A DNA stretch of 64,000 bases from Prochlorococcus sp. AG-409-D09 (GCA_003215935.1 QCJQ01000001.1:11731-75730), one strand, 5' to 3'. Shown: positions 33,075 to 45,201, counted from the stretch's first letter. The notes: generated by a model from the sequence alone, not told the origin. Program-made: numbers and translations.

Positions 33075-34361
33075 TTATATTTTTACGAAAGCGTTAGATT
33101 TATGTTCGATTAATGAATCAAGTAATTCATGAGCAATGAAAAGTTTTGACCTTTGAGGGATCTTTTTAAGAATTCCATTAGGAGCAATTAAAAAACCACT
33201 ATTGAAATCTTTTTCGAAACCTTGTCCTTCTTGATCAATTGGATTTGCTAGTAGAAGATCAACTCCTTTTAAAGATCTTTTTTTTTCTCCCGCTAGCTTT
33301 ATTTCGTTATTAGAGCCTGTTACAGCTGCAAAACCAAGAACAATTTGCTCGCTAAACTTGTTTTTAGTGATTTCACTTAAAAGATCAGGGGTTAGTTCAA
33401 AATCGTTTTGAATTGATTGCATTAATGCTTCCTTAGGGATTTTAATATTTTTAATTTTGTTTTTTCTTTGAATATCTGCTACTGCTGCTGCCATAACAAT
33501 AAAATCTGCTGATATTTGTAAGGAAGAAATTCTTTCTCCCATTTCCGATGCAGTTTTGATTGGGAAATTATTTAATCCTTCTAAAAGTCCAGAGGCAAGT
33601 TTTATTGGTCCATGTATGAAATTAACCTCACCGCCACGTAATTTAGCTGCTTGGGCGATCATTATACCCATTTTTCCACTACTTCTATTAGTAATTTGCC
33701 TTGCTATATCTATCTTTTCAAGAGTGGGACCAGCTGTAATTAAAAAATTGAATCCATCTAAATCATGCTTAAAAAGCTTATTTTTTTCTTTATATATAAA
33801 GCCACTTTCAATAGCTAATTCAATTCTATCTATATCAGCCATACGACCATCTCCTAATCGATCACAAGCTAAGAGGCCGTCTGCAGGAGTAATTGTTATG
33901 ACATTTGGCTCGTTTTTAAGTGTTTCCCAATTGTGTTGAACTCTTCTGTTCATCCACATACCAGTATTCATTGCAGCGGCAGCTAATATTGGGACTTCTG
34001 AAGCAAGAAGAACACTTGTTAGAAGGTTATCGGAAATACCATTAATCCATTTACCTAATGAAGCTGCACTAAGAGGAGCAATAACAATAAGTTCTGCCCA
34101 TTCAGCAAGAAAGATATGTAATGGTTTCGCTTGATTTGATTCCCATTGATCTGAATCTTGAAAACAAGGACTTCTACTTAATGTTGAAAGGGACAATGGA
34201 CTTACCAGTTTTGCGGCGCTAGGAGTGAGCAAACAACGAACTTCTGCACCTAGTTGTACTAATCGACTAACTAGTAAGGGTGTTTTTACTGCCGCTATGC
34301 TGCCGCTTGCTGCTACAAGTATCTTTTTCCCTTTTAGATAATGAGGCTGATCCTTTTTCAT
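33075..34361 (-). CDS. coaBC: Bifunctional phosphopantothenoylcysteine decarboxylase/synthetase
   Basis: SGSIAAVK, AAMNTGMW, LACDRLGDGR, ITAGPT, NRSSGKMG, AAVAD. Confidence 0.96.
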   Translation of the reverse strand: MKKDQPHYLKGKKILVAASGSIAAVKTPLLVSRLVQLGAEVRCLLTPSAAKLVSPLSLSTLSRSPCFQDSDQWESNQAKPLHIFLAEWAELIVIAPLSAASLGKWINGISDNLLTSVLLASEVPILAAAAMNTGMWMNRRVQHNWETLKNEPNVITITPADGLLACDRLGDGRMADIDRIELAIESGFIYKEKNKLFKHDLDGFNFLITAGPTLEKIDIARQITNRSSGKMGIMIAQAAKLRGGEVNFIHGPIKLASGLLEGLNNFPIKTASEMGERISSLQISADFIVMAAAVADIQRKNKIKNIKIPKEALMQSIQNDFELTPDLLSEITKNKFSEQIVLGFAAVTGSNNEIKLAGEKKRSLKGVDLLLANPIDQEGQGFEKDFNSGFLIAPNGILKKIPQRSKLFIAHELLDSLIEHKSNAFVKI

Positions 34362-34500
34362 ATCATTTACTTATGTATCAAGAATTAAAAATAGCTGTTG
34401 AATGTTTGAGTAGTAAATGATTTAAAGATAAGTCATTTACATTTTAAATTACAATTTTATTGTGAAGAAGTGAATAATGTTTAAGAGTAACTTCAAAAAA

Positions 34501-34573
34501 GGGGAATTAGCTCAGCTGGTAGAGCGCTGTGATCGCACCGCAGAAGTCAGGGGTTCGAATCCCCTATTCTCCA
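34501..34573 (+). tRNA. tRNA-Ala(CGC)
   Basis: GGGGAATTAGCTCAGCTGGTAGAGCG-CTGTG-ATCGCAC-CGCAG-AAGTC-AGGGGTTCGAATCCCCT-ATTCTCCA; G3:U70 Ala identity pair. Confidence 0.93.
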
Positions 34574-34855
34574 TTATTTAAATAGACAGAGAGAACTTTT
34601 TAAAAATTATTTATGTAGTAATTCTATAAAATCAATTAAGTCTTTGAGATAATTTTTGATCTAAAATCTAAGTAAAGAGTTTTATTGAAGATGAAAACTT
34701 ATAAGAAATTTTAGAGCCGAGATTAAAATAGAAAATCTAACTTGAAAAGTTTTTGAATGTATAATGTCTTTGCTACATGAAAGTCAAAATTTAAATGACT
34801 ATGAATTATTATTTTACAGCTTGCTTATTTTTACTATTACTCTTATCTTATTTAA

Positions 34856-35197
34856 ATGGTCAAGAAATTACAGGAAACTGGATTTAGAAAAAAATTAGCG
34901 CATGCAGTAATGCGTTTAGATGGTTGGAGTTTTAATCCATGGAGAAGGTATTCTTTGTTTTTAATTATTTTTTTTATTGGATTTTCTTTGGGCAGTTCTT
35001 TAGGTATGATTAATGGTGTTCTGGCTTTAATGGATCCGATTGGTGCTTTGTCTATTGTTTTTATTTTGGAGTTAATAATTAGATTTAGAAGGGTTTTAAT
35101 AAGAGACAAAGCTAGGCGGATTATTTTAAATATTTTAGATATATTGAGAATTGGTTTAATTTATGGCTTATTTACAGAGGCTTTCAAATTATTATGA
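34856..35197 (+). CDS. ycf20: Ycf20/DUF565-family membrane protein
   Basis: WSFNPWRRYS, 3 TM, RIGLIYGLFTEAFKL. Confidence 0.82.
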   Translation: MVKKLQETGFRKKLAHAVMRLDGWSFNPWRRYSLFLIIFFIGFSLGSSLGMINGVLALMDPIGALSIVFILELIIRFRRVLIRDKARRIILNILDILRIGLIYGLFTEAFKLL

Positions 35198-35234
35198 TTT
35201 AAAATTTATTTTTTCTTTTTATAAAACTTCTATT

Positions 35235-36254
35235 TTAAGTTTGTTTTTTTGAAGATAGTAAATATAGTAAAGCCATCCTGATTGGAATGCTATTTTCTAC
35301 TTGTTCTCTAACTAAAGAGTATGATTTATCATCAAGAATTTCACCGCTCATTTCTATATCACGATTAACAGGACCTGGATGAAGAATAGGAACATTTTTT
35401 TTGCACCATTTTAATCTTTGATGGTTGATTTCATAGTCTTGTTTATATCTTTCTAAACTAGAAATTAAATTATTATTCATTCTTTCTTTTTGAATCCGTA
35501 GCGTCATTATTGCATCTATATCTTCTAAAGCATCTTTTAATGACCTGTTAATTAAAACTTTTCCGCGCTTATTTATGGGGTCAATGGTTTGACCAGGTGG
35601 TGGTTCTTTAACAAAATTCTCGAAATCTTCTGGTAATAAACTAGGTGGTCCGCAAAGTATTACATCAGCGCCACACCCTGTTAGCGCCCATAGATTAGAT
35701 CTTGCGACTCTTGAATGAAGAATATCTCCAATAATTGCTATTTTCTTATTTGATAATGCATTTGGTAAGGGCTTTTCAGGATTGAAATATCTAGCAAGTG
35801 TAAAGAGATCAAGCAACCCTTGACTTGGATGACTATGTAAGCCATCACCAGCATTTAATATTGATGTTTCTTCTCCAGATTTATCAAGGTAACTTGCTAA
35901 CTCACTAGGTAAATTTGTTGATTCATGCCTAACTATAAGAATATCTGCACCCATGGATATATAAGTTAGAGCTGTATCTAAAGGAGTCTCTCCTTTAGAT
36001 AACGAGCTTATATTTGCTGAGAAATTTAATACATCGGCAGAAAGACGTTTAGCGGCAAGTTCGAAACTACTTCTAGTTCGCGTGCTTGGTTCGAAAAATA
36101 GATTTGCAATTAATTTACCTTGAAGGGCAGGAAGCTTCCGCGGGCCTTTTTGGGGTAATGCTTTGAATCGGTTAGCTAATTCAAGAATAGTTTCATAATC
36201 TCTTACTGAAAAAGTAGATAAATCGATTATGTGTTTGTGATTCCAATTACTCAT
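35235..36254 (-). CDS. pyrB: Aspartate carbamoyltransferase catalytic subunit
   Basis: [44 protein letters not shown]. Confidence 0.98.
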   Translation of the reverse strand: MSNWNHKHIIDLSTFSVRDYETILELANRFKALPQKGPRKLPALQGKLIANLFFEPSTRTRSSFELAAKRLSADVLNFSANISSLSKGETPLDTALTYISMGADILIVRHESTNLPSELASYLDKSGEETSILNAGDGLHSHPSQGLLDLFTLARYFNPEKPLPNALSNKKIAIIGDILHSRVARSNLWALTGCGADVILCGPPSLLPEDFENFVKEPPPGQTIDPINKRGKVLINRSLKDALEDIDAIMTLRIQKERMNNNLISSLERYKQDYEINHQRLKWCKKNVPILHPGPVNRDIEMSGEILDDKSYSLVREQVENSIPIRMALLYLLSSKKQT

Positions 36255-36868
36255 GGTCCATCAAATAAAGAAGGTTCCCAACTTTCTTTCTTGTTAGGAG
36301 TGCGGTCTCCCTTTTTTCGCTTGCTTACGCTTCGACTTTTTTGTAAATACCATCTCAATGGTAAGTCTTTTGCTTTAGATATTCCTATTCTGGTTGTTCT
36401 GACAATATTTTGCATACTTTTAATTGAGGTATTTTCTGCAATCCATAAACCATTCTTCTTAGATGCTTCCAAATCATTATGTGTGAGATTTAATTCAAAT
36501 CTTTTTGCTAGTAGCCCAGGGCCTGAAGCGATTCTTGAATCTTCTCCTGGTAAAGCTACTGCTCGTAGTAAAACCCCACTAGCCCAATTCGTTTTATGCG
36601 TGACTAAATTTATGCAGTGATAGGTTCCGTAAGTTAAATAAATATAAAAACGACCAGGCGAACCAAAAAGTGTTTCATTTCGCGGCGTTCTATTTTTATG
36701 TCCATGACAAGCTGGTTCATCTTGGAAATAAGCTTCTGTTTCAACAATTACTCCCCAAAGTAGTTTTTTGTTTTCAAAACGCTTTATTAGTAAGCAACCA
36801 ATTAAATCAGGGGCTACTTCATCGGCAGGCCTGCAAAAAAATTGATGATTTACTATCTTGATTGCTAT
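36251..36868 (-). CDS. mpg: DNA-3-methyladenine glycosylase (AAG/MPG family); start non-canonical and uncertain (ATA at 36868 chosen)
   Basis: Manual translation, open from 36901 to 36251: [15 protein letters not shown]...[15 protein letters not shown]...[23 protein letters not shown]...GVLLRA...SGPGLL...[17 protein letters not shown]. The ORF track shows only the last 73 aa. Confidence 0.9.
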   Translation of the reverse strand: MAIKIVNHQFFCRPADEVAPDLIGCLLIKRFENKKLLWGVIVETEAYFQDEPACHGHKNRTPRNETLFGSPGRFYIYLTYGTYHCINLVTHKTNWASGVLLRAVALPGEDSRIASGPGLLAKRFELNLTHNDLEASKKNGLWIAENTSIKSMQNIVRTTRIGISKAKDLPLRWYLQKSRSVSKRKKGDRTPNKKESWEPSLFDGP

Positions 36869-37010
36869 TTTAAAGAATTGATTGATATTTTCTAATAATA
36901 ATTATTTTTAGATGAAAACGGTAAATAGAGATCTAATATTAATTGACTTTTTCTAATCAAAAACAATTTCAAAAATATCAGATTCAGTTAAAGAAATTTC
37001 TTCTATACGC

Positions 37011-37748
37011 TTGGACCTCCGAAGTTGGGTGGAAGTTGAAGATTATTTGAAAACTTGTAAAGGCATTATTTTACCTATTGGTTCCACCGAGCAGCATGGT
37101 CCTACTGGCGCGATTGGTACAGATGCATTAACTGCTGAGGCTGTTGCAAGAGCAGTTGGATGTATTACTGGAGTTTTAGTCGCACCCACTCAAGTTTTTG
37201 GAATGGCTGAACATCATCTTGGTTTCCCTGGAACTATTAGTCTTACTCCAGAAACTTTATTGAACGTTGTACATGATGTGGTTTTATCTTTAGCTAAAAA
37301 TGGTTTTGAAAAAATTTATGTAATAAATGGACATGGAGGAAATATTGCGACAGTAAAGTCTGCATTCCATAAAATTTATTCAACTGCTTTAAATCGTCAT
37401 CTTCCTGTTGCTTCTAGACTTAGATGCAAACTTATAAGTTGGTTTCATGTTTTAGAGGTCTTTGAAGAGTCTAAAAAACTTTATGGAGACAAAGAAGGAC
37501 AACATGCTACACCTAGTGAAATATCTCTAACTTTGCATTTAGAGCCTAGTTTGCTGCAAAAACAACATTCTTTGCCTGACCCAGCACCTGCGGGTCCAAT
37601 AACTAATGCCGAAGATTTTCGTATGAGATATCCTGATGGGAGAATGGGTTCCCATTCAGACCTTGCAAAATCAGAACATGGAAAGATACTGTTAGATAAG
37701 GCAGCTAATGCTTTAGCTGAAGATCTCTCTAAATTCCTTTTAGAATAA
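37011..37748 (+). CDS. Creatininase/MftE-family amidohydrolase (true start may be upstream)
   Basis: [32 protein letters not shown]. Confidence 0.9.
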   Translation: MDLRSWVEVEDYLKTCKGIILPIGSTEQHGPTGAIGTDALTAEAVARAVGCITGVLVAPTQVFGMAEHHLGFPGTISLTPETLLNVVHDVVLSLAKNGFEKIYVINGHGGNIATVKSAFHKIYSTALNRHLPVASRLRCKLISWFHVLEVFEESKKLYGDKEGQHATPSEISLTLHLEPSLLQKQHSLPDPAPAGPITNAEDFRMRYPDGRMGSHSDLAKSEHGKILLDKAANALAEDLSKFLLE

Positions 37749-38041
37749 TGGCTCAAATAACAATAGAGGATGTTCGCAAGGTTGCAAAATTAGCCAGATT
37801 AGAACTTCCTGATGCACAATTAGAATCTTATACAGATCAGCTTGAAAAAATCTTAGGATACGTTGAACAGTTGCAGACTATTGATACAGAAAATATTCCT
37901 CCCACTTCTAGGGCTGTTGAAGTAGTTAATGTTTTACGTGAAGATTTAGTAGAGAATACTTCTATTAGAGAAGATTTGCTTAATTTAGCTCCTCAAAGAG
38001 AAGATAACTTTTTTAGAGTTCCAAAAATATTATCAGATTAG
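37748..38041 (+). CDS. gatC: Asp/Glu-tRNA amidotransferase subunit C
   Basis: [23 protein letters not shown]. Confidence 0.96.
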   Translation: MAQITIEDVRKVAKLARLELPDAQLESYTDQLEKILGYVEQLQTIDTENIPPTSRAVEVVNVLREDLVENTSIREDLLNLAPQREDNFFRVPKILSD

Positions 38042-39081
38042 TTATTTATGCTTTTTGAATGAGGGTTTATTGCTGTTTTATGAATTAATTTAATATAGTT
38101 TTTTCGCCATATATTTTTTGGTATTATTCTTGCTAAGAAACGCATTTTACTTCTATTTTTTTTATGACTTCTTATTCCAAGGAAAACATCATAAAGAAAA
38201 TTCAATCCATCTTTTTTTGACTCAAAAATTCCCATTCTTTGAGGAGAACCTTTTTGATCTAATAAGGGCTTTGTAGCTTCATAGGCGGGTTTATATTCAA
38301 ACCAAGGAATTGATGGCCACAAATGATGCACTAAATGATAGTTTTGCCCCATTATTAATAAGTTCATTACTCTGCTTGGATACACTCTTGCATTTTTCCA
38401 TCTGTTTCTTGATAGGAAAGGTCTATGTGGCAAATAGTCAAAAAATATTCCCAATGTGACTCCGACCATTAAAGCTGGACCAAACCATAAATTATAAATA
38501 ACATTCATAAAACCAAATTTAATTCCAGCTAAGACAATAGTAATAAATAAGCCTCGCTCAATTCCCCATTGCATAAGCTCATACTTTCTCCATAGCTTTC
38601 TTTCAAAAAAGAAATATTCATGATAAAAAAATCTAGGAGCTATCAACCAAACGGGACCAAAAGTACTAACGATATGATCCGGATCATTCTTGGGATCGTT
38701 TACATATTTATGATGTTCAAGATGTACTCTAGTGAAAACTGGAAAACTGAAGCCTAGTAATATTGCCGCCCCATGCCCCATTAATTGATTTATCCATTTG
38801 TTTGGATGCGCTGAGTTGTGGCAAGCGTCATGAATAACTGTCCCTTCCATATGAAGAGCCAGGAAAGATAATGCAACCAAAATAGGTAATGGCCAATTAC
38901 CTTGGTACCATTGCCAGATACTCAAGGCCGCTAAAAAATAGCCTCCAAAAAACAAACCTATAGTGACATTTACTGCTCCAGGTGGATCTAGGTATTCCTG
39001 GATATCTTTTTGCCAATCATTTGATGACTTAAGTTTTTTCGAGGTTGTTTGATTTTGAGACCTCAATAAGCTTTGGGTCAT
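38038..39081 (-). CDS. crtR: Beta-carotene hydroxylase (desaturase-type His boxes)
   Basis: [31 protein letters not shown]. Confidence 0.92.
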   Translation of the reverse strand: MTQSLLRSQNQTTSKKLKSSNDWQKDIQEYLDPPGAVNVTIGLFFGGYFLAALSIWQWYQGNWPLPILVALSFLALHMEGTVIHDACHNSAHPNKWINQLMGHGAAILLGFSFPVFTRVHLEHHKYVNDPKNDPDHIVSTFGPVWLIAPRFFYHEYFFFERKLWRKYELMQWGIERGLFITIVLAGIKFGFMNVIYNLWFGPALMVGVTLGIFFDYLPHRPFLSRNRWKNARVYPSRVMNLLIMGQNYHLVHHLWPSIPWFEYKPAYEATKPLLDQKGSPQRMGIFESKKDGLNFLYDVFLGIRSHKKNRSKMRFLARIIPKNIWRKNYIKLIHKTAINPHSKSINN

Positions 39082-39125
39082 GTCATGCTGTGATTAGAGC
39101 TTGCTTTCATGCATATTTAAAAATA

Positions 39126-39207
39126 TGCCCACCGGGAGACTTGAACTCCCACGACCGAAGTCACTGGTACCTAAAACCAGCGCGTCTACCAATTCCGCCA
39201 GGTGGGC
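39126..39207 (-). tRNA. tRNA-Leu(TAG)
   Basis: Reverse complement GCCCACCTGGCGGAATTGGTAGACGCG-CTGGT-TTTAGGT-ACCAG-long variable arm-GGGAGTTCAAGTCTCCC-GGTGGGCA. Confidence 0.96.
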
Positions 39208-39472
39208 CAATGGATCTAAGAGATCACAGTCTCTCTTCAATTATTACTATAACGGCTGATAGGTGCTTTTCGATAAGCCTTTACTCGCTTTTTTTTCTTA
39301 TTGGAAGATTTAAGTTCTCAATTTTGCCGAAAAAATCCAGAAGTGAAAAAAATTGAACAGTGATAAATATGAAACTTTTTCTATTATTGTTATAATAGTT
39401 TCAAAATACGATAGTTTATTGGTTTAGTTATTATTTATGGAAATGCAAATCTCATTTTAAATTTATATAAAT

Positions 39473-40021
39473 ATGATTGCTATTTTTATAGGCTATCTTG
39501 CTTTAATAGTAGGGTTTTTTCTATTAATTTTGCCTTTATTGATAACTGAGCTAAGTAGAAATAGAGATTGGATTACTGGTACTTTATTTATGATATTTGC
39601 TGTAGTGATTATCAATGATTATGATAGGCTTGATGGCTCTTTAATTATAGCACTGGTCTCTTTAACTTTGATTATTGGGAAAATGATGATTGAAATTTCT
39701 ATTGTTAGATGGCAATTCTTAACTGATAAAGAAAAGCAAGAACTTATTTCTTTTCATCGATTGAGTAAAAGTTTAAAGGAATTGAGTAAGGTGTTTTTAG
39801 CATTGTTAAGCTTTGTTCGAGGGCTTTTTACTCTTTTAATACCTAAGAAAAAAGAGGCACTTATTCAAAAAAAATGGGTTAGAAAGGATGAAATTCCATC
39901 TGAGAAGGGTGCTTTGTCAGTTAATCTTGAGGAACAGGATTCTTCAAAAGTCAAGATTGAATCTTCGTTAAAAGAAAAAACTCCTTTTGTTGAGAGAATT
40001 AAAAGCTCTCAGGATCCATAA
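39473..40021 (+). CDS. ycf66: Ycf66-family membrane protein
   Basis: N-terminal TMs with [24 protein letters not shown]. Confidence 0.72.
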   Translation: MIAIFIGYLALIVGFFLLILPLLITELSRNRDWITGTLFMIFAVVIINDYDRLDGSLIIALVSLTLIIGKMMIEISIVRWQFLTDKEKQELISFHRLSKSLKELSKVFLALLSFVRGLFTLLIPKKKEALIQKKWVRKDEIPSEKGALSVNLEEQDSSKVKIESSLKEKTPFVERIKSSQDP

Positions 40022-40043
40022 TGATTTAGGAATTGAATTTAAA

Positions 40044-42947
40044 GTGAAAAAGGACCAGAAAAAGAACATGGAAGAAGGATTCTCCTATAAAGAGACTCTC
40101 AATCTTTTGCAGACTGATTTTGGCATGAGAGCCAATTCTACAGTTAGAGAGCCAGAGATACAGGCATTTTGGAAGAAAAATGCTATTGATTTTGAACTTG
40201 GATTCAATAATCAAGGTGAAATTTTCACGTTGCACGACGGCCCTCCGTATGCAAATGGGCCACTACATATGGGCCATGCGTTAAATAAGATTTTGAAGGA
40301 TATTATTAATAAGTTTGAGATTATGCGTGGACGCAAGGTCCATTTTATTCCTGGATGGGATTGTCATGGATTACCAATTGAATTAAAAGTACTTCAATCT
40401 ATTGATAAAAAAACAAGAGAATCTTTAACAGCATTAGAGTTAAGAAAAAAGGCAGCGTCTTTTGCACTTAAGCAGGTTGAGAATCAAAAGATTGGTTTTA
40501 AACGTTGGGGTGTATGGGCAGATTGGGATAAGCCTTATTTGACTTTAAATAAAGAATATGAGGCAGCTCAGATTAAGGTGTTTGGAGAAATGGTTTTAAA
40601 GGGATATATATATCGTGGTATGAAACCTGTGCATTGGAGTCCTAGCTCTAGAACAGCTTTAGCTGAAGCAGAATTAGAATACCCTGATGGCCACAAAAGT
40701 CAGAGTATTTATTGTTCTTTTGATGTAATAGAAATACCTGATAATTTTAATGAAATTCTTAAAAAGCAGGTACTAAATATTTCTCAAAAAGAAATTATTA
40801 AGGCTCTTAAGATTGTTATATGGACAACAACACCTTGGACGCTCCCCGCGAATTTAGCAGTCTCAGTAAATGCAAAGATTGATTATGTTCTTGCTAAAGG
40901 ATTAGATTCAATATTTATTCTCGCAAGTGATCTTATTGAAAGTTTGAGTGAAATTCTTGGAATTCACCTTGATGTCTTAGCTGAATTTAAAGGCTCTTCT
41001 TTAGAAGGTATTTTGTATAAGAATCCTTTGCTTGATAGAGTGAGTCCAGTAGTTCTTGGTGGTGATTATATAACAACAGAAACTGGTACTGGATTAGTTC
41101 ATACAGCTCCTGGGCATGGAATAGATGACTTTAATACCGGGATTAAATATAATTTACCTGTTCTTTGCCCTGTTAATGAAAAAGGGATTTTGACTCAAGA
41201 AGCAGGAGTTTTTTCGGGTTTAAATGTACTTAAAGATGCAAATTCCTCTATTATTAACTATCTTTCTAGTAAGGGATTTCTTTTAAAAGAAGTAGCTTAT
41301 GAGCATAGATACCCTTATGATTGGCGCACTAAAAAACCGACAATTTTTCGCGCTACAGAACAGTGGTTTGCTTCAGTTGAGGGATTTAGAGATTATGCCT
41401 TATCCTCTATAGAGTGTGTTCAATGGCTTCCAAAATCTGGTCGTAATAGGATTAATTCCATGGTTAAAGAGCGTGGTGACTGGTGTATCTCAAGACAAAG
41501 AACTTGGGGTATTCCAATACCAGTTTTTTATGAAAAAAATGGTAAAGATATACTTTTAAATAAAGAAACTATTTCTCATATTCATTCACTATTCCTTAAG
41601 CATGGTGCTGATATTTGGTGGCAATTAAGTGAAAAAGAACTTTTACCACCTTCCTATTCTGATGATGCGGGGAAATGGATTAAAGGTAAAGACACAATGG
41701 ATGTTTGGTTCGATTCAGGGTCAAGTTGGGCCTCAGTAACTAAATCTAATCAAAATTTAAATTACCCTGCTGATTTATATTTAGAAGGATCAGATCAACA
41801 TCGAGGATGGTTTCAATCTTCTCTTCTTACATCTGTAGCTGTTAATGAAAAAGCACCTTATAAAAAGGTTCTTACTCATGGTTTTGCTTTGGATGAAAAT
41901 GGCCGTAAAATGAGTAAATCATTAGGCAATATTATTGACCCTTCTGTTATTATTAATGGTGGATCGAACAAGAAGAATGATCCTGCATATGGTGCGGATG
42001 TTCTTCGACTCTGGGTTAGTTCAGTTGATTATTCAGTTGATGTTCCAATTGGATCAAATATTTTAAGACATACTTCAGATGTTTATAGAAAAATAAGAAA
42101 TACGGCAAGGTATCTACTTGGAAACTTATATGATTACAATCCTCAAAATGATCATATAAATTTTGATCAATTACCAATTATTGATAGATGGATGCTTAAT
42201 CGAACTAGCGAAGTGATGGAAGATATTTTCTTGTCTTATAAGAATTATGATTTTTCTAAGTTTTTCCAAATCATTCAGTCTTTTTGTGTCGTCGACTTAT
42301 CTAATTTTTATTTAGATATAGCAAAAGATCGATTATACGTTAGTTCTAAATCATCATTTAGAAGACGTTCTTGTCAACAAGTTCTTTCTTCTATTATAGA
42401 GAGTTTGTCAGGAGCTATTGCTCCTGTACTGTCCCATATGGCAGAAGATATCTGGCAAAATATTCCTTACTCTCTTAATGAAGAGTCTGTTTTCCAAAGA
42501 GGTTGGCCACATTTACCTGAATCATGGAGAGATAAATCTTTGTCTGAGCCAATTCAACATATTAGAAATTTTAGAAGTGTAATTAATAGACTATTAGAAG
42601 AATGTAGAAATAAAAATAGAATAGGAGCATCTCTCGAGGCTTCTATTCGTTTAGAGATAACTGATAAGAAATTGTGTTCTGCGATTGAGTGGTTGAATAT
42701 TAATGGCAATTCTGATGTGGATAATCTTAGAGACTGGCTTCTGGTTTCAGATTTACAAATAGGTGGTGAGCCTTGGGCAGAGATTATTATTTCAAATGAA
42801 AATGATTTAGGTATATTTGAAATAGCTAAAGCCAGAGGTGAAAAATGTGAAAGATGTTGGCATTATGAAAGTGATACTGGGAAAAATAGTATAAATAAAA
42901 AGGTATGTGGAAGATGTCTTTCTATTTTAGAAGAGCTGAACAATTGA
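40044..42947 (+). CDS. ileS: Isoleucyl-tRNA synthetase type 1 (start GTG 40044 or ATG 40068)
   Basis: [38 protein letters not shown]-terminal CERCW...CGRC. Confidence 0.98.
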   Translation: MKKDQKKNMEEGFSYKETLNLLQTDFGMRANSTVREPEIQAFWKKNAIDFELGFNNQGEIFTLHDGPPYANGPLHMGHALNKILKDIINKFEIMRGRKVHFIPGWDCHGLPIELKVLQSIDKKTRESLTALELRKKAASFALKQVENQKIGFKRWGVWADWDKPYLTLNKEYEAAQIKVFGEMVLKGYIYRGMKPVHWSPSSRTALAEAELEYPDGHKSQSIYCSFDVIEIPDNFNEILKKQVLNISQKEIIKALKIVIWTTTPWTLPANLAVSVNAKIDYVLAKGLDSIFILASDLIESLSEILGIHLDVLAEFKGSSLEGILYKNPLLDRVSPVVLGGDYITTETGTGLVHTAPGHGIDDFNTGIKYNLPVLCPVNEKGILTQEAGVFSGLNVLKDANSSIINYLSSKGFLLKEVAYEHRYPYDWRTKKPTIFRATEQWFASVEGFRDYALSSIECVQWLPKSGRNRINSMVKERGDWCISRQRTWGIPIPVFYEKNGKDILLNKETISHIHSLFLKHGADIWWQLSEKELLPPSYSDDAGKWIKGKDTMDVWFDSGSSWASVTKSNQNLNYPADLYLEGSDQHRGWFQSSLLTSVAVNEKAPYKKVLTHGFALDENGRKMSKSLGNIIDPSVIINGGSNKKNDPAYGADVLRLWVSSVDYSVDVPIGSNILRHTSDVYRKIRNTARYLLGNLYDYNPQNDHINFDQLPIIDRWMLNRTSEVMEDIFLSYKNYDFSKFFQIIQSFCVVDLSNFYLDIAKDRLYVSSKSSFRRRSCQQVLSSIIESLSGAIAPVLSHMAEDIWQNIPYSLNEESVFQRGWPHLPESWRDKSLSEPIQHIRNFRSVINRLLEECRNKNRIGASLEASIRLEITDKKLCSAIEWLNINGNSDVDNLRDWLLVSDLQIGGEPWAEIIISNENDLGIFEIAKARGEKCERCWHYESDTGKNSINKKVCGRCLSILEELNN

Positions 42948-42985
42948 TTAATTAGTTGCTGAAAGATTAATTTAAAAACTTGACT

Positions 42986-43597
42986 TTATATTTCACTTGA
43001 AACTCTTCCATTCTTAGGTAAGTAAATTAAAAGCCATTGAATTATTCCTATAATAAATCCAATTAATCCTAGCAAACCAACAAATCCTGCAATAGATTGA
43101 CTCCAGCTTGCTCCAAACAAAAACTTAAAAATTACCTTTGCTATTTCATGAAGATTGTTAGGGGCTTCATACCAACTTGAGCAAATTTTCTTAGATGATA
43201 AATTTATACAATTTATAGTTTGAAAACTTATTGAAATATATAGTAATCCCCAAAACGTTAGACACCAACGCCAAATTTTTGTAGTTAATGGTAAGGCTTT
43301 TTGAGGAGGATAATCTGCAAGATCCTCATTTAAATCAATCCAAAACCATACTGAACCAACCATAAAAATAGGAGATAAGAAAGAACTAATAAAAGCTATT
43401 TCTTTTTCTCCTGTAAATAGCAACATGCTTATTGCCATGAGGCTGGAATTCTTCCAGTAAATTGAAAGTAATCTGATAATTGATTCTTCTTTTTTTAAGA
43501 AAGACCAAATGTATAGAACTAAAGGTACACCTAGTGCAAATGTTGCAGTCAGGCGATATATAAGCCAGACAAAAGCTTGATAATCAATTTCAATCAC
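42986..43597 (-). CDS. Membrane protein (DUF3177-like)
   Basis: VWLIYRL, YWK.SSL, SVWFWIDLNEDL, KIWRW; multi-TM. Confidence 0.78.
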   Translation of the reverse strand: MIEIDYQAFVWLIYRLTATFALGVPLVLYIWSFLKKEESIIRLLSIYWKNSSLMAISMLLFTGEKEIAFISSFLSPIFMVGSVWFWIDLNEDLADYPPQKALPLTTKIWRWCLTFWGLLYISISFQTINCINLSSKKICSSWYEAPNNLHEIAKVIFKFLFGASWSQSIAGFVGLLGLIGFIIGIIQWLLIYLPKNGRVSSEI

Positions 43598-43898
43598 GGA
43601 AGATCTTTATATTAGATCATTTTAAATTCTGGACGGAATTCATTAACTCTGATAGTCGGCCAATTAAAAAAGTTTGTTATGGTTATAATATTTTTCTTCA
43701 ATTTGTTTGCGAAAAGCCTTGTTGCGATTGATATGAGAGAAGAAAATCGAGAAAAATCTGCTTTTCATTTTCATTTTCCTTATGCGTATTCACTGATATA
43801 TCAATTAGCTTAATTTAATTTTTATAAGGATATTCTTCGTAAGTTTGTATTCGCATGAGATAAGCTTTTTAATATGAATTTTTGAATTAGAAGTAATA

Positions 43899-44567
43899 GT
43901 GCGACAGCATGTCAATCCTCTTAGTAGCTTTTTTCAGCTTCCTAAAGATCTTCCTAAAACTAAAATTTGTTTTGAGAATGATTCCTTGCCTCTTCATTTG
44001 GATATTGGATCTGCAAGAGGGAAATTTTTAATTAAGTTAGCAACTATAGAAAAAAGATATAATTTTATAGGCGTTGAAATCCGTGAACCTTTGGTGATTT
44101 CTGCTGAAAGAGAAAGGGAGAGCCTGCAACTAAATAATTTGAAGTTTTTCTTTTGTAATGCCAATATAAGTCTTGAAAAATGGTTGTCAAATCTTCGTGT
44201 AGGGCAACTACAGAGAGTTTCAATACAATTCCCAGACCCATGGTTTAAAAGAAGACATTATAAAAGAAGAGTTTTGCAACCTGCTTTATTGATTTCATTG
44301 GCAAAAGCTTTGCAGAAAGATACTGAGCTTTTCATTCAGAGTGATATTTTAGAAGTATCTGAATATATGAAGAATCTTATTGACTTAAGTGGATGTTTTG
44401 AAAGAAAAAATAAATCTTCTAACTTATGGGATATAGAAAATCCATACTCAGTATTTAGTGACAGAGAGTTGTATGTAATGCAAAGTAAATCACCTATTTT
44501 TAGGGAAGTATTTATTCGGAACACTTTTCCTGTTCCTGAAATCTCTAAGCTAATGAAAGAAGATTAG
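43899..44567 (+). CDS. trmB: tRNA (guanine-N7)-methyltransferase
   Basis: MRQHVNPLS, LDIGSARG, GVEIR, QFPDPWFKRRH.KRR. Confidence 0.96.
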   Translation: MRQHVNPLSSFFQLPKDLPKTKICFENDSLPLHLDIGSARGKFLIKLATIEKRYNFIGVEIREPLVISAERERESLQLNNLKFFFCNANISLEKWLSNLRVGQLQRVSIQFPDPWFKRRHYKRRVLQPALLISLAKALQKDTELFIQSDILEVSEYMKNLIDLSGCFERKNKSSNLWDIENPYSVFSDRELYVMQSKSPIFREVFIRNTFPVPEISKLMKED

Positions 44568-44629
44568 AATTTCCACTTAAAATTTAAATAGAAATTGGAT
44601 ATAATATATATCATTGCATTTGATATTTT

Positions 44630-45199
44630 ATGAATAGTAATAACAAAGATTCAATACCAACTTATTTTCCAAGAATTTTTTTGCTTATTTCTAGTTTAAT
44701 TCTAGCAGGATTAATTTTTTTCCTCAAAGGTGGCTATTCTTCTCAGTCTCAATTAGACCACTTATCTAGACAATCATTGAGTCCAGATATTGCTCTTGCA
44801 AATGGTAAGCCTACAATTTTTGAATTTTATGCTGACTGGTGTGAAGTATGTAGAGAAATGGCACCTTATATGTCATCTGTAAAAGCGAAGAAAGAGGGAC
44901 AAATTGATGTTGTTTTACTAAACATAGATAATCCTCAATGGGAAGATCTTGTCGAAAAGTATGAGGTGAATGGTATTCCTCAACTTAACTTATTTGATAA
45001 AAACTCTGTTCCAATAGGGGTTTCATTAGGAATAAAAAATGAATATGAGCTAAGTGAAATCTTTAATTCAATGATTCAAGAAACACCTTTACCAGACTTG
45101 TCAGGCATTTCTCAATTTTCTACAAAAACTAAAAGCCTTAATACTCAAATTAATCAATTTTCTCAAAATAAGATTATTTCACCTCGCTCTCATGGATGA
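44630..45199 (+). CDS. txlA: Membrane-anchored thioredoxin (TxlA/HCF164-like)
   Basis: N-terminal TM, EFYADWCEVC, V.GIP, C-terminal SPRSHG. Confidence 0.88.
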   Translation: MNSNNKDSIPTYFPRIFLLISSLILAGLIFFLKGGYSSQSQLDHLSRQSLSPDIALANGKPTIFEFYADWCEVCREMAPYMSSVKAKKEGQIDVVLLNIDNPQWEDLVEKYEVNGIPQLNLFDKNSVPIGVSLGIKNEYELSEIFNSMIQETPLPDLSGISQFSTKTKSLNTQINQFSQNKIISPRSHG

Positions 45200-45201
45200 A
45201 A

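Noticed and set aside
34362..34855. tRNA-Ala flanks as an integration site or island
   Set aside because: No integrase, no duplicated tRNA 3' end and no cargo genes
36251..36472. mpg as a truncated 73-aa pseudogene
   Set aside because: Manual translation shows no internal stop or frameshift; only a canonical start is missing
43598..43898. 300-nt spacer with a 26-codon ORF (MREENREKSAFHFHFPYAYSLIYQLA)
   Set aside because: No recognisable homology or RBS; may be divergent promoters or a gene scar, which I cannot demonstrate
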